From contig CM075990.1 in NCBI GenBank assembly GCA_038087875.1, positions 6,512,001-6,576,000 on the forward strand: 64,000 bases of DNA, given 5' to 3'. The stretch is from Malacoraja senta. Lineage: Eukaryota. The position numbers were made by a program, and so were the translations under genes. Shown here one piece after another: positions 36,711 to 48,849 of this stretch (position 1 is the first letter of the stretch; each line of letters begins with the position of its first letter). The notes under the pieces are model-generated. The model was not told the origin of the DNA. It did no database searches and saw only the letters and a list, made by a program, of their open reading frames with translations.

Positions 36711-38494
36711 AGGCACTGTAAAGTCTATAGAGCACTGATAGTCACAACAGTATTCAACATTGTCCCGATGTCCCTCTTCCTTCTCGTCCCCCCCCCCCAC
36801 TTCTTCACACCCCTGCCGAGTCCTTCATTGCTCTCGGTTGTAAATGCCAGGGGAAACTATTGAACAATATGGTCAAAGAATTATGTTTTAGCCAGTGTTC
36901 ACTGTCCACAGGAGATTTTACTGAGGATATTGGAGTCCTGCAGACATTTGGATCTAAGAAAGACACAAATCACTGGTGTAACTTAGCGGGTCCGGCAACA
37001 TTTGCTTGTCTCATTATGTCTCTGGTAAACCAGCACCTGCAGTTCCTTGTTGTGACATTTGGATTTCCTTGCCACCTGAGCCTTGCTTCTGGTAACATCA
37101 TCTTCAGCAGCTTTTGAGATGTATGGCAGTGCCCAACATTGGTAGAATGGAGAGGGAGAGTTTTGTTGCCCACTCCCTGGCTACATTAATAGATTGGACC
37201 AGGCTGGCACCATGCCACCTGTAGGAAAGAGCACCCTGTGATTCCCCTTGCTCCCCCTAGCCTGAGTGTGGCAAGCACATCACACAGATCCCCTGCACCT
37301 CCTCCAAGTTCAATCCCAGGTCTCCGTCAACATGGTGTGGGAGCTGGGAGTTGGGGATTGCTTGTTTCCCCTCGGGTTCTGACCCAGATCAGTGCAGGAG
37401 GTAATCTCAAACCATCGAAACTCCGTCCAATATTCCCATCTATGGATTTTGTTTGAATTGCTTTTTGCAAAAAGGAATTCAGCATTCCTCCCACCCTTGC
37501 CTTAAAGAATGTATTTTCTAGTCTTTTCAGAAATCATTTTGTTGTGGAATTGCATCAATATACTGGAATGATACTTGCTAGATACTTGGCATTCTTAACA
37601 ATCCCCCCCAGAATTAGAACTTCAGATTTTAAAATAAAATTCATACTTTGGGAACATCTGAGAGTTTTTTTATAAAAAGGGATTAGTTGGATGTGATGTT
37701 AAAAAAAGTTATGATGTGAATTACATACATTAATGCCAAGGGTCAAACTGAAAATAAAGACATCAAGCTTCACAATTGAAAAACAACATGATATTAATTT
37801 GCATTCAGATGGTTAGTTGAACCCTGGAGGGGCCATTATGGTAATCTCTTCATTGAGCCCACTCATAAAATGGGAGCCTGGATGTCTCAGTAAAACATGG
37901 TGACAATGCAATAATCAAAACTGTAGGCTTTTTGCCTCCATTGAATTTATGCTTGAAATGAGATAGCGCCGTTCATGACAACGCATGAATGCAATCTGTC
38001 AAATTGAATTGCATAGCATTGGAAGTTCTATCAAAGAATTAGCACTAAATGTAAAACCATTAATTCCAGCTGAAGTCGCCGGAGATGGAAGAATAGGCAG
38101 CTCTTTTCAACTTTCCCTGGTGTCCAGTTGTGAGTCAGAGATGGGACCGCATCTTTGACTAACTGCTTTGAATTCTGAAGAGTGCAAATTGTACATTCCG
38201 TACAATAGCTTTAGTATTAGTGTGAAGTTGTCTCCGTGTCTCGCTGATGGCCCCAGCTCACGTGGGTCTTTTTAATATCTCTCTTCATGGCTGTACTAAA
38301 AATCAGAACATGCTGAAAGTACTCAGCGGATCGGGCAGCATGAGTGGGGAAGGAGTAAGTCAGGTCAATGACTTCCCCAGAGCACTCAGAACATTTGGAA
38401 AATTAGGCATATTTAACCCTTGAGAGAGAACACGAGGAGCAAAGCGAATGTTTAGGACAGGGTGGAGATCAAAAGGAGTTTGGTGTTGAGTTAG

Positions 38495-38796
38495 GGGGCG
38501 GCACGGTGGCTTAGCAGTAGAATGGCTCCCTTAGAGCGCTAGAGACCCGGGATCGATCCTGACTACGAGTGCCTTCTGCATGGAGTTTGTACGTTCTCCC
38601 TATGACTGCGTGGCTTTCTCTGGGATCTCTTGTTTCCTTCTACCCTCCAAAGAAGTCCAGGTTTGTAGGTTAATTGGCTTGGTATCGTTGTAAATTGTCC
38701 CTGCTGTGTGTAGGATAGTGTTAGTGTGTGTGGATCGCTGGTCGGCATGGACATGGTGGGCAGAAGGGCCTGTTTCCACGCTGTATCTCTAAACTA
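38495..38796 (+). mobile_element. HE1-like V-SINE
   Basis: Full structure. Confidence 0.88.
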
Positions 38797-38984
38797 ATGT
38801 AGGACTGGGGGCTGAAGGCTTGATAATAGCGGGATGTCTATCTGGAGAAGGTGTCAATAGAGGGAGGATGGAGGAGTGATAAACAAAACAATATGCAAAA
38901 TACATGAACTGCAGGAAAAATAGCAAATAAAAATCTTAAGTAAATGAGGCTGCTGTTGTTGTTTAACATTTGTTCCATATCACT

Positions 38985-39315
38985 CTCTGAGGCTAATCAC
39001 AAATTGGAGGAACAGCATCTCATATTTCGCTCGGGTAGCTTACAACCCAGTGGAATGATTCGATCCAGTCTGAAGAAGGGTCTCGACCTGAATCGTCACC
39101 CATTCCTTCTCTCCACAGATGCTGCCTGACCTGCTGAGTTGCTCCAGTGTTTTGGATCGCTCAACATCACCGTTTATATCTCTCGCTTCCCTTTCCCTTG
39201 AAGAAGGATCTCGACCTATTATTTTTCTCCAGAGATGCTGCCTGACCCGCTGAGTTACCCCAGCCTTTTGTGTCTATCTTCGATTTAAACCAGCATCTGC
39301 AATTCCTTCCTACAC
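38985..39315 (+). mobile_element. Penelope-like GIY-YIG end and two pLTRs
   Basis: KLEEQHLIFRSGSLQPSGM; CTGAAGAAGGGTCTCGACC; second pLTR from ~39200. Confidence 0.8.
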
Positions 39316-39899
39316 ATAAGGAATGCATAAATGTCCTCTGTGATCTTTCCACTTATCCTTACGTGGTTGCTTCATCATTATCAATAAATCGTTTGCACAT
39401 TGCTTTTAGACCATATATGATTTCATTAAATAATTCCAAATCTGAAGGCTCCTATTTCTATAATTGATAGTTCAATGTTAATGTTTTATGTGTCATTCCT
39501 AACTGTCACTGTATGTCGTCACTTGCGGGTGGAGCACCAAGGCAAATTCCTTGTATGTGAATACTTGGCCAATAAACTTAAACCTATTCATTCACTTATT
39601 CACTTATTCAGTTACTGACCACTCACTGTCTCCTTACATGGCCATGAGAAAGAACAAAAGAAAGTCCTGTATTAATGATACAAAAACTCCTTTATCCTCT
39701 GGGTCTCTCCTTGGTGTTGGTTGTGGACCTTTTGGCATCAAACCACCTCCGTTCCATTGAGTGAATTTGGATACTGAGAAACTGCAGGAAACGGCAGGGA
39801 ACCAGACGTCATCTGGTCCTCCAGAACACCCTAAGTGCAAAGTCAATCAGGAGCCCAGTATCACAGTTTATTTGTCTTCTTTTCCTTGTAAGGTCAAAA

Positions 39900-40290
39900 G
39901 AATGCTCTGCATTTCAACAGCACTTTGAGACATCCCTTAGGTCTCTTCAGCCAGTGAAGTACATTTCCTTCACTAATAGTTGAGAGATGTGGAAAAGTAT
40001 ACAGGTGCCTTGGTTTAATATATCACCTGAAAGGCAACACTTTGACATAAGGTACTGGAGTAATTCAGCAGGTCAGGCAGCATCTCAGGAGAACATGGGT
40101 AGGCAACATTTTGGGTCAGGACCCTCTTCAGACATCGCTTATACATGTTCCCCTGAGATGCTGAGTGAACCACAGAGCTACTCCAGCACTCTGTGTCTTA
40201 TTTTGTAAACCAGCATCTGCAGTTCCATGTTTCTACGTTGACAGAGGAGCTTCATTCAGTCTTGCATTGAAGAATGAGCCTGGATGATGT
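39900..40290 (-). mobile_element. DeuSINE/SacSINE1-like remnant split by an inverted pLTR pair (~40050-40236)
   Basis: CCTTGGTTTAATATATCACCTGAAAGGCAACACTTTGACA resumes TTGACAGAGGAGCTTCATTCAGTCTTGCATTG after the pLTR palindrome. Confidence 0.5.
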
Positions 40291-41569
40291 GCTCGAGGCG
40301 ATGGTGTGTATCTTGGCCCCCATATCCTCCAGAGGTGAGGGTGCTTGCTGGTAACCATCACTGGCTACTGTGGTCAAGTGATTCACCGTGGAGAGGAGCC
40401 TTTGCTTCCATGGCACAGTATCATCATGCACGTTGCTCTTACCCATCAAGTCATGATGGAAACCTTCAGGCCTTTTGACTTTGTTCCAGTGAAATGCTGC
40501 TCCATCAACTTGCAACTTCTCACAATTCGCAAGGGCTCTGCAAACTCACAGTTGGGGATAAGAAGGAAATGGAAAGAGAACGAGGAATGAGTAAGGAATG
40601 AGAATGGAAAGCCAAATAGGGAAAGAGCATGAATGATGAAATGAGCTCCAAAAAATCTGAAGCCTTCAGGAAGATTAACATGCGTGGATATGCAGGCTAT
40701 GTTTAATAACCCCCATGGCCACTATGAGCTCGAGAGTAAATCAAGGTCCAGTTAATATCTATGGGCTCACTTGTAGGAGATGTAATAATTACAGATCAAG
40801 ACTTTGGCTTTCACCATCTCCTGATGGAGTTGTAAAAGTTAACAAGCTTTGTTTCTCTGGCGCGCTGGAGGCTACATCCCTTATTGTTTCTTGGAGCACA
40901 GTAACACAGTGACAGGTAAAGTTAAACAACCAGAACTTGTTTGTGGCTGATTAGCCCAAATGATTAGATTGGGTGACTTTGACGGGAATGTCAAGGAAGG
41001 ATAGGAATGTGTCAGAAAAGGTGTGGTTCGTTTTCTTTTTTCAAAACCTCCAAAGACACAAAGGGTCTAAAGAATAGCCGGAGTGAGGGACTGGGGTAAG
41101 GAGAGTTTATGGCCAGGGGTAATGCCTGTGCAAGACATTAACTAAAGTTTGCATTTAGTAATAATAACTTAGGCATGGAAAAATAGTCTAGACATGTGCT
41201 TGTTTACATTTGGGAGATTAAGACGTATGAAGCATTGAATAAAATTCATGAGAATGCGTGGGACTTTTACACGAATACCTTTGGGAAGCCAAGGAGGAAA
41301 AATATATTTTTATGGGATGTTGTTCTTGCCAGTAATACAACAGCAAAACGCTAACACCATTTGTGCAGTGGTCTGAGGGGGACTGTAAATGACAACAGGG
41401 CGGCACGGTGGTGCAGCGGTAGAGTTGCTGCCTTACAGTGCCAGGTGACCATGAAGCCATCAGATTTGGTCATTCAGGAGGCAGTGGATCTTTGGAATTC
41501 ACTCCTCCAGTGCACTGTGATCTGTTCATCACTGTGTTCACTCACAACATTCAGTTAAATCATTTAAAA

Positions 41570-41872
41570 CTGGGCAGCACAGGTAGAGTTCCTGCCTTAC
41601 AGTGCAAGGGACCAGGGTTCGATCCTAACGATGGCCGCTGTCTGTACGGAGTTTGCACGTTCTCCCTGTGAAAGGGTGGGTTTTCTCTGGGTGCTCTGGT
41701 TTCCTTCCACACTCCAAAGAAGTGCAGGTTTGTAGGTTGATTGGCTTTTGTAAATTGTCATTAGTGTGTATGATTGAACTAGTGAATGGGCGATCGTTGG
41801 TCAGCACAAACTCGTTGGGCTGAAGGGCCTGTTTCCATCCTCCATCTCCAAAACTAACAACTAAAAACTAAA
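41570..41872 (+). mobile_element. HE1-like V-SINE (additional head fragment at 41398-41445)
   Basis: Box B GGTTCGATCC, V-domain, tail. Confidence 0.85.
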
Positions 41873-41966
41873 TAAGGAAAAAGAGAGATTCTGATTAATC
41901 CATTTTGGAGAAACTGATTTTTTCAGAGGGTTGAGATTGGAGAATTTGCAGTCACCAGGAGCAATA

Positions 41967-42265
41967 GTTTAGTTTAGTATAGAGATGTAGCAGGCCCTTC
42001 GGCTCACCAGGTCCATGTCAACCAATCATCCCCACACACTACACCTATCCTACACGCACTGGGGACAATTTACAATTTTATCAAGCCAATTAACCTACAA
42101 TCTGTACGTCTTTGGAGTGTGGGAGGAAACCGGAGCATCTGGAGCAAACACACATGGTCACAGGGAGAATGTACAAATTCCGTACAGACAGCACCCGTAG
42201 TCAGGATCGATTCCAGGTCTCTGGTGCTGTCTGGCAGCAACTCTAACGCTGTGTCACTGTGCCGG
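41967..42265 (-). mobile_element. HE1-like V-SINE
   Basis: Full structure. Confidence 0.85.
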
Positions 42266-42382
42266 CCATCGTGATGGTCTTGAAGAGGAAGCACATGAAG
42301 AGGAGGTGTAGCTGGACATGTGGAGGCGTTGAGATGTAGCTGGGAAGGGACCTATTAGGAACCCTGTCAGGGAATGCTGGGG

Positions 42383-42698
42383 TTAATTGAAGTTAGAGAA
42401 ATCAATATTCATACCACTGGGCTGTAAGCTGCCAAAACAAAATATGAGATGCTGTTCCTCCAATTTGCGTTTAGCCTCACTCTGACAATGGAGGAGTCCT
42501 AGGACAGAAAGGTCAGCGTGGGAATGGGAAGGAGAATTAAAGTGTTTAGTACCCGGGAGATCAGGTAGGTTCAGGCTGACTGAGCGAAGGTGTTCAGTGA
42601 AACGATCGCCCAGTCTGCGTTTGGTCTCGCCGATGTATAAGAGTCCCCATCTTGAACAATGGACACAGTAGATGAGGTTGGAGGAGGTGCAAGTGAAC
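42383..42698 (-). mobile_element. Penelope-like GIY-YIG endonuclease domain, open to the stop codon
   Basis: FTCTSSNLIYCVHCSRWGLLYIGETKRRLGDRFTEH...KLEEQHLIFCFGSLQPSGMNIDF. Confidence 0.9.
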
Positions 42699-43079
42699 AA
42701 GAGGTGCAGGTGCAAGTATTTTTTTCTTCGCAGGTCAACACATTAAATTTGTTACGAAAGTCGATTGAAGAATAATGCATCTATGTTTCCTTGATGATAG
42801 ATGGGGTTGCCTTTGGTAGTGAATATAGAAGCGCTATTCAGAACCGATTATATTTGCCACTGTCTCAGTTTATAAATGGACAGCCTGACATTCTCCTTTT
42901 AACACCAACTTACCAGAAGTGTCAGCATAGTGCGAGTGCTCACGTGTGAGATGAACTGTAGCTGTCAGATGTCTGGCAACATTGACTTTGCTGCTGTAAC
43001 GGGCTTGTGATGTTTACTGCCCGATGTCTGAGGGCTCAGTGTGACCACAGAACCTGAGGATGAATGGGCTGGGATGCAA

Positions 43080-43348
43080 ACCTTCGGCCCAGCGTGTCCG
43101 CGCCGGCCAGCGATCCCCACGCACTAACACTACCCTACACACACTAGTGACAATATACAACTTTTGTACAATGCCAATTAACCTACAAACCCTCTACGTC
43201 TTTGGAGTGTGGGAGGAAACCGGAGATCCCAGAGAAAACCCACGCAGGTCGTGGGGAGATCGTACAAATTCCGTACAGGCAGCAGCCGTGGTCAGGTTCA
43301 AACCTGGGTCTCTGGCGCTGTGAGGTAGCAGCTCTACCCCTGCACCAC
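43080..43348 (-). mobile_element. HE1-like V-SINE
   Basis: V-domain and head. Confidence 0.82.
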
Positions 43349-43352
43349 ATGA

Positions 43353-44219
43353 AGGGCCTGTCCCGCTTGGGCGACCTAATCCGCGAGTCCAGAAGAGTGT
43401 CTTCGACCTTCAAGCTCGAGGGCACGCTCCTGGAAAGCCTCGAGCTGGATCGACCGGCTGCGTTGAAACCGCGAGCTGCATCGACCGAACCGCGAGCTGC
43501 ATCTCCCGACCGCGCACACACACACACACACATACACATCGCGAAGGTGGGGGCCAGGGAAAGCGGAGGAGCGCAGTCTGCGCGATGAAGAGGAAGGTAA
43601 ACGGCTGCCACAGTGTATGGTAAGTCCTTTAGAGAGGGCGGAGGGGGGGGGAGAGAAGGGGAGAGAAGGAGAGAGAAGGGGAGAGAAGGGGAGAGAAGGG
43701 GGAGAGGGGAGGGAAGGGGAGAGAAGGGAAGAGAAGGGGAGAGGGAAGGGAAGGGGAGAGAAGGGGAGAGAAGGGGCGAGAAGGGGGGGGGGTGAAGGAG
43801 TGGAGACACTTTTAAGAAGTTTAATAAAGTTTAGCGGGTATTTTACCTACCGGTAGGTCTTCCTAGGTCCTGAAACTCCAATGAGCCAATCAAAATGCCT
43901 GGTCAGTGAAGGAGATTGCCTACGGCAGCCCTCGACTGCCTGTAACTACCTAGTGACCCACTCCACTGCACTACGAGTTCAAAAGAACCATGCCGACCAA
44001 ATTTGACTCGTGGAAATGTTTTCAATATTCAGCATATTGAGAAATGTTCCGCGACCTAGCCAAGGCCGCGAGTATTCGGGAACTTCTCTCGAGCATGAAG
44101 GAGAGTTCCAGCGACCTCACAGGACATCCTAGGACCTCGTGTCGACCATGCTGTGAGTTTGAGTCCAGGGCAAACGCTTCTAAACTCGCAGATTATGTCG
44201 CCCAAGTGGGACAGGCCCT
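43353..44219. mobile_element. Harbinger-like MITE (867 bp) with internal (CA)n and (GGGGAGAGAA)n
   Basis: TIR AGGGCCTGTCCCGCTTGGGCGACCTAATCCGCGAGT / ACTCGCAGATTATGTCGCCCAAGTGGGACAGGCCCT; flanks TGA/TTA. Confidence 0.85.
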
Positions 44220-44254
44220 TTACACAAATGTTCTTTCTCCACCCTGAGTAGTAC

Positions 44255-44660
44255 ATAGAACATGGAAAACGACAGCACAGGAATGGGCCCATCAGCCCAC
44301 AATGTCTGTGCCAAGAACAACTCTTACCTGCCTGCACATAATTTATGTCCTTCCTTTCCTTGCATATCAATGTGCCTATCCAAAAGTCTCTTAAATGCCA
44401 CTATTGTGTCTGCCTCCACCACCACCAATGACAGCGTTTACCAGGCACTCACCACCCTCTAAAAAAGTTGCCCCACTCATCTCCTTTAAACTTTGCACTC
44501 TCACCTTAAAGCTAAGTCCTCTAGTGCTTGATTTTTTTCTATCCAGGGAAAAAAAATCCTGACTGTCTGCCCTATCCAAGCCTCTCCTAATTTTAGTTAC
44601 TTCTCTCTGGTCTCCCCGTAACCTCCAGCGATCCAGAGAAAACAATGCAATTCTGTCCAC
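44255..44660 (-). mobile_element. CR1 3' fragment
   Basis: LFSLDRWRLRGD..EV.KI.RGLDR..TRGLSFKVR. Confidence 0.78.
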
Positions 44661-45054
44661 CCTGTATTAAGGGTGGTTGCAACAGACTCAGTCAGAAGGG
44701 GAGTAGATGGACACATGCATGAAGTTAGAGCAGGTGAAGGTATCTGATGGGATTGCTCTGCCCACTGCTGGCATACACAGGGCGAGCTGATCTCATTCTG
44801 TGCCACTGAAATGCAATGATTCTCCAATTCTAAATGGCTTTACAAACCACTCAGGTCAGTGGGTAGTTAGATAAATGTAGGCCTTGCCATTGAGTTGCAT
44901 ATTGAGAAGACATAAGAATATGCAATCACTGGACTGTGATAGGCAAGAATGAACTTCTTTAATAAAGTTAATAGTTATCAATTTCTGCATTTAAGACTGG
45001 GGCAATGATGTATATAGTCCCAATGTGTCTGTCATGGACAAGGATATAAGTTCC

Positions 45055-45350
45055 ATATTGACTGGTTGCAACACGGCCTTGTTCAGCAACTCGAACTCCC
45101 AGGAACAATAGAGATTCTGAAAAGTAGTGAACACTGCCCATCCATAATGTGTACGGACCGCCCCACCATCAATGGGATCTATTGGAGACAGTGTCTGAAA
45201 GAGGCAGCCAGCATCATCAAGGACCAATATCACACTCGCATTTCACTCCTGCAATGTATAGGAGTCTACTGTGAAGTGCAGGTTCAGGAAATGCTTCTCA
45301 AAAACGATCAGGGTATTGAACACTACAAATAGCCAATAAACTCTGAACTA
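45055..45350 (+). mobile_element. Rex1/Babar 3' fragment (tail continues to ~45690)
   Basis: ILTGC.TA...PTINGIYWRQCLKEAASIIKD. Confidence 0.7.
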
Positions 45351-45437
45351 TGAACTGCCTTTATTGCACTAGGGACTTCAGGCTTTGTTTTGTTGGGCAC
45401 TATATTGGATTTTTTTTACAAATTGAACTTTTTTTTG

Positions 45438-45491
45438 GGGGTGGAAGATTGCAACCTTCATGTGGTCCACCCTGTTTCGACGAATGCAATC
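45438..45491 (+). ncRNA. Minimal HDV-like self-cleaving ribozyme (predicted)
   Basis: P1 GGGGTGG/CCACCCT with G.U at +1; P2 GATTGCA/TGCAATC; P3 ACC/GGT; L3 TTCATGT; minimal P4 with TTCG loop; J4/2 CGAA. Confidence 0.8.
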
Positions 45492-45577
45492 AACCCGGCG
45501 TGCACAATCAAATAAGGTCAAATAGAACAAGTTGTCCTGCAACTTTAGGCTGTGCACGCCATACGCCAGAAGAAGAA
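45438..45577 (+). mobile_element. 140-bp non-autonomous retroposon with ribozyme head and (GAA)n tail (Ingi/Vingi-like)
   Basis: TSD GAAC(T)8-9G at 45425-45437 and 45578-45591; 3' hairpin GGCGTGCACA/TGTGCACGCC; ends ATACGCCAGAAGAAGAA. Confidence 0.8.
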
Positions 45578-45747
45578 GAACTTTTTTTTTGTTTGTTTAT
45601 TAAGTCATCAATTGTGTACTATTTATCTGCTGCAAGTAAGAATTTCATTGTTTCCTTTTGGTACATATGACAATTAAACATTCTTGACTTTCTCTCTTCA
45701 CATTTTAAACTGCAATTAAGAAAATAAAAGCAATAAAAATTGACCCA

Positions 45748-45970
45748 GGTAGACACAAAATGCTGGAGTAACTCAACGGGTGAGGCGGCATCTATGGAGA
45801 GACGGAATGGGTGACGTTTCGGGTCAAGTCCCATCTTCAGACTGAAGAAGGACCTCGACCCGAAACATCACCCATTCCTTCTCTCCATAGATGCCGCCTC
45901 ACCCGTTGATTTACTCCAGCATTTTGAGTCTACCTTCGATTTTATCCAGCATCTGCAGTTCTTTCGTACA
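45748..45970. mobile_element. Palindromic Penelope-like pLTR pair
   Basis: Two opposite pLTRs meeting at CTTCAGACTGAAG. Confidence 0.82.
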
Positions 45971-46349
45971 AAAAATGGACCCAGTTTCAGTTTTGTGTGA
46001 AAGATAAACACATAGTACTGGAGTAACTCAGCGGGTCAGGCAGCACCTCTGAAGAAAAAGGATAGGTGACGTTTCGGGTCAGGACCTTTCTTTTTTCCCT
46101 CAGCTTCAGTTTCAGTGAACCCCGCTGATTGTGATTATCATTGATATTTATTCAGAGATTCTGTTACCGCTGTTTTTCAATGCTTGGCAGTTTTTTGAAG
46201 AATTCACTTTGTCTCATTTGAAAATCTTTTGACTATTTTCCACAGGAAGGACTGATGTTCAGGTACTCTGCTGTAGAATGAATTGAACTTACATGGGATA
46301 TAAACCCTGCTTACATGAGAAGAAGAGACATTGTGATCTGACTTAATTT

Positions 46350-46720
46350 AATGATGTATAAAATCATGAGAGGAATAGATCGGGTAGATGCACAGTCTCT
46401 TGCCCAGAGTAGGTGAATCGAGGACCAGAGGACATCGGTTTAAGGTGAAGGGGAAAAGATTTAATAGGAATTTGAGGGGTAACTTTTTCACACAAAGGAT
46501 GATGGGTGTATACACCAAGCTGCCAGAGGAGGTAGTTGAGGCAGGCATTATTCCAACGTTTAAGAAACAGTTAGATAGGTACATGGATAGAACAGGTTTG
46601 GAAGGATATGGGGTAAACGCAGGCAGGTAGGACTAGTGTAGCTGGGACATGTTGGCTGGTGTGGGCAAGTTGGGCCGAAGGACCTGTTTCCATGTTGTAT
46701 CACTCTACGACTCTATGACT
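46350..46720 (+). mobile_element. CR1 3' end
   Basis: RVGESRTRGHRFKVKGKRFNRNLRGNFFTQR; 3' UTR with (ACTCTAYG) tail. Confidence 0.88.
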
Positions 46721-47639
46721 TGCAGGGGCAATGTTTTTTTTAATCTTACCTGGTGCAGGCTGCCAGTATGTCAAAGTCGGTGACATGGTCTCTATAGACA
46801 TGCATTTGGGAGTTCTCTAATGAGAAGGAAGCTCTGGGAAGAGTAGAGTTCTTCCATTAACAAACCTGGATGAGTGTTTGAATGGAAAAGGCTGGAGGCA
46901 GTTGACCTTCCCTGTCGCCTGAGCAGACTGGCAGAGTATGGAACAAGGGGCATATATAAACTCAGAAAGTTCTGTTAGTTTTGGGAAGAGGCCTCACACT
47001 GGAAAAATAAAACACATCCATTTAAAGTCCACGGTTATTCTGAACCAAAAACTATGACCAGAAGTAGTTCAAACCACCAGGCTACCACGGGGCAGTGTGC
47101 CATCTCTCATCATCAGCCTGAGGAGGGATAAACAATCAAACTCAATGAAATGTCAAATTTAGACCCCCTTTCAATCTGCAGTTGACCTGTTACAGGATGA
47201 AAGAGTGCACATGTGCTCACCACTGCATCCAGTTCAGATCACAAGGGGGTGCTAATGTTACATGACTGGTTACACTATATAGATGAGATCTTGGACTGTA
47301 CAGATGCTCTCCTGATCCTAAGTGGCAAGGATCACCCTTACAAGGGCCAAATGACCCGAGAGCATGAAAGGCAGGTGTTGAGTTCGTAGCACGGGCATGA
47401 ATAGATGTGGGAAGTTCTCCATCAAACTGGTCAGGAGGAGAGTTTGTCATCTAAGTTTCTAAGTTCTAGGACAGAATTAGGCCATTCATCCCATCAAGTC
47501 TACCTCACCATTCAGTCAAGGCTGATGTATCTTTCCCTCTCAAACCCCTGTTTGTCATCTGGTTTATAGCAGGGAATGTCAGCAGTCACCTACCACTTCT
47601 GACATCATGTCCATGCCCAATATTTAATCCATTTATTTT

Positions 47640-48122
47640 GTGGAGCTGTGGTTTGCGGAGCTTCTAGCCGCGAGCGCGGCGCTGACTTTAACATCGTGGA
47701 GGCCTGGGATCTCTTGCCGAGGTTCGCCAGTGTTGGAGCTCCGCCCAGCGGGGCCTGTGGTCTCGGAAGCCGTGGTCTCCGGTAAGAAGCGGCCGATTCA
47801 GAAACTCCAAGTCGCTGAGTGTGTTCCGTTCCGTTCCGACGTCGGAGTTTCGATCATCCCGGCGAGAGGGCCTGTACATCGGGCCGTCCGTAGTGGTGAC
47901 TGTGGAGGATTCAAAGGCCCCGACCACGGGTGAACAAAGAGGAAGATGACTGAACTTTATTGCCTTCCATCACAGTGAGAAACGTTGATTCCGCTGTGGT
48001 GGATATTTACGTTGAACTCTCTCGTGTATTGTGCTCTTTTTAGACGTATGGCTGCATGGTAACTTAAATTTCACTGTACCAATTTGTGCATGTGACAATA
48101 AATGTGAACTTGAACTTGAACT
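47640..48122 (+). mobile_element. GC-rich non-coding retroposon with Rex1-type tail
   Basis: CpG-rich body ending AATTTCACTGTACC..CATGTGACAATAAA followed by (TGAACT)n. Confidence 0.55.
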
Positions 48123-48256
48123 TATTTCTTGGGATATTTGGTGTTGCAGATTCATTGCCAGGATTCGTTGTCCTCTCTAGTTATCTATGGGAAAGTGGTA
48201 GTTAGCCATGTTCTTAAACTGCTGCAGTTACTGTAGTGAAGGTACCTCAATGTGTA

Positions 48257-48560
48257 ACATAGAAACATAGAAACATAGAAAATAGGTGCAGGAGTAGACC
48301 ATTCGGCCCTTCAAGCCAGCACTGCTATACAATATGATCACGGCTGATCAACCAGAATCAGTACCCCAAGTTGCCTATTTCCTTCGCTCCATAGATGCTG
48401 CCACACCCGCTGAGTTTCTCCAGCACTTTTGTCTACCTTCGATTTTCCAGCATCTGCAGTTCCTTCTTGAACATCAGTACCCCATTCCTGCTTTTTCCCC
48501 ATATCTCTTGATTCCTTTAGCTCTAAGAGCTATATCCAACTATATCCCACTCTCTCTTGA
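48257..48560 (-). mobile_element. CR1 3' end with an inserted pLTR (~48370-48472)
   Basis: (CATAGAAA)n tail; ATCAGTACCCC duplicated around the pLTR. Confidence 0.78.
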
Positions 48561-48849
48561 CTAAAGTAGACGAGAGCTCTAAGATTTAGACCCAGCAACG
48601 GTGATGTACGGACAGTGTGAGACATGGAGGGGATGCTGCAGATGCTGTATACGTCTGATCTTCTTGTGCATCTGAGTGTTGGGCATCATTGCAGTCTGCT
48701 GCAGTCCCTACATTTGGCATCCCATGAGCTTGAGGGTGGGTCCTAAGTTGATTCAGGGGGGTAGAGCTCTGGGAGGTCAGCTGGGAGCTGGAATCCCAGT
48801 GGCAGGCAGTGCTCAGAGACCTGCCAGACAGGGTGAGCTTGAAGGAGAG

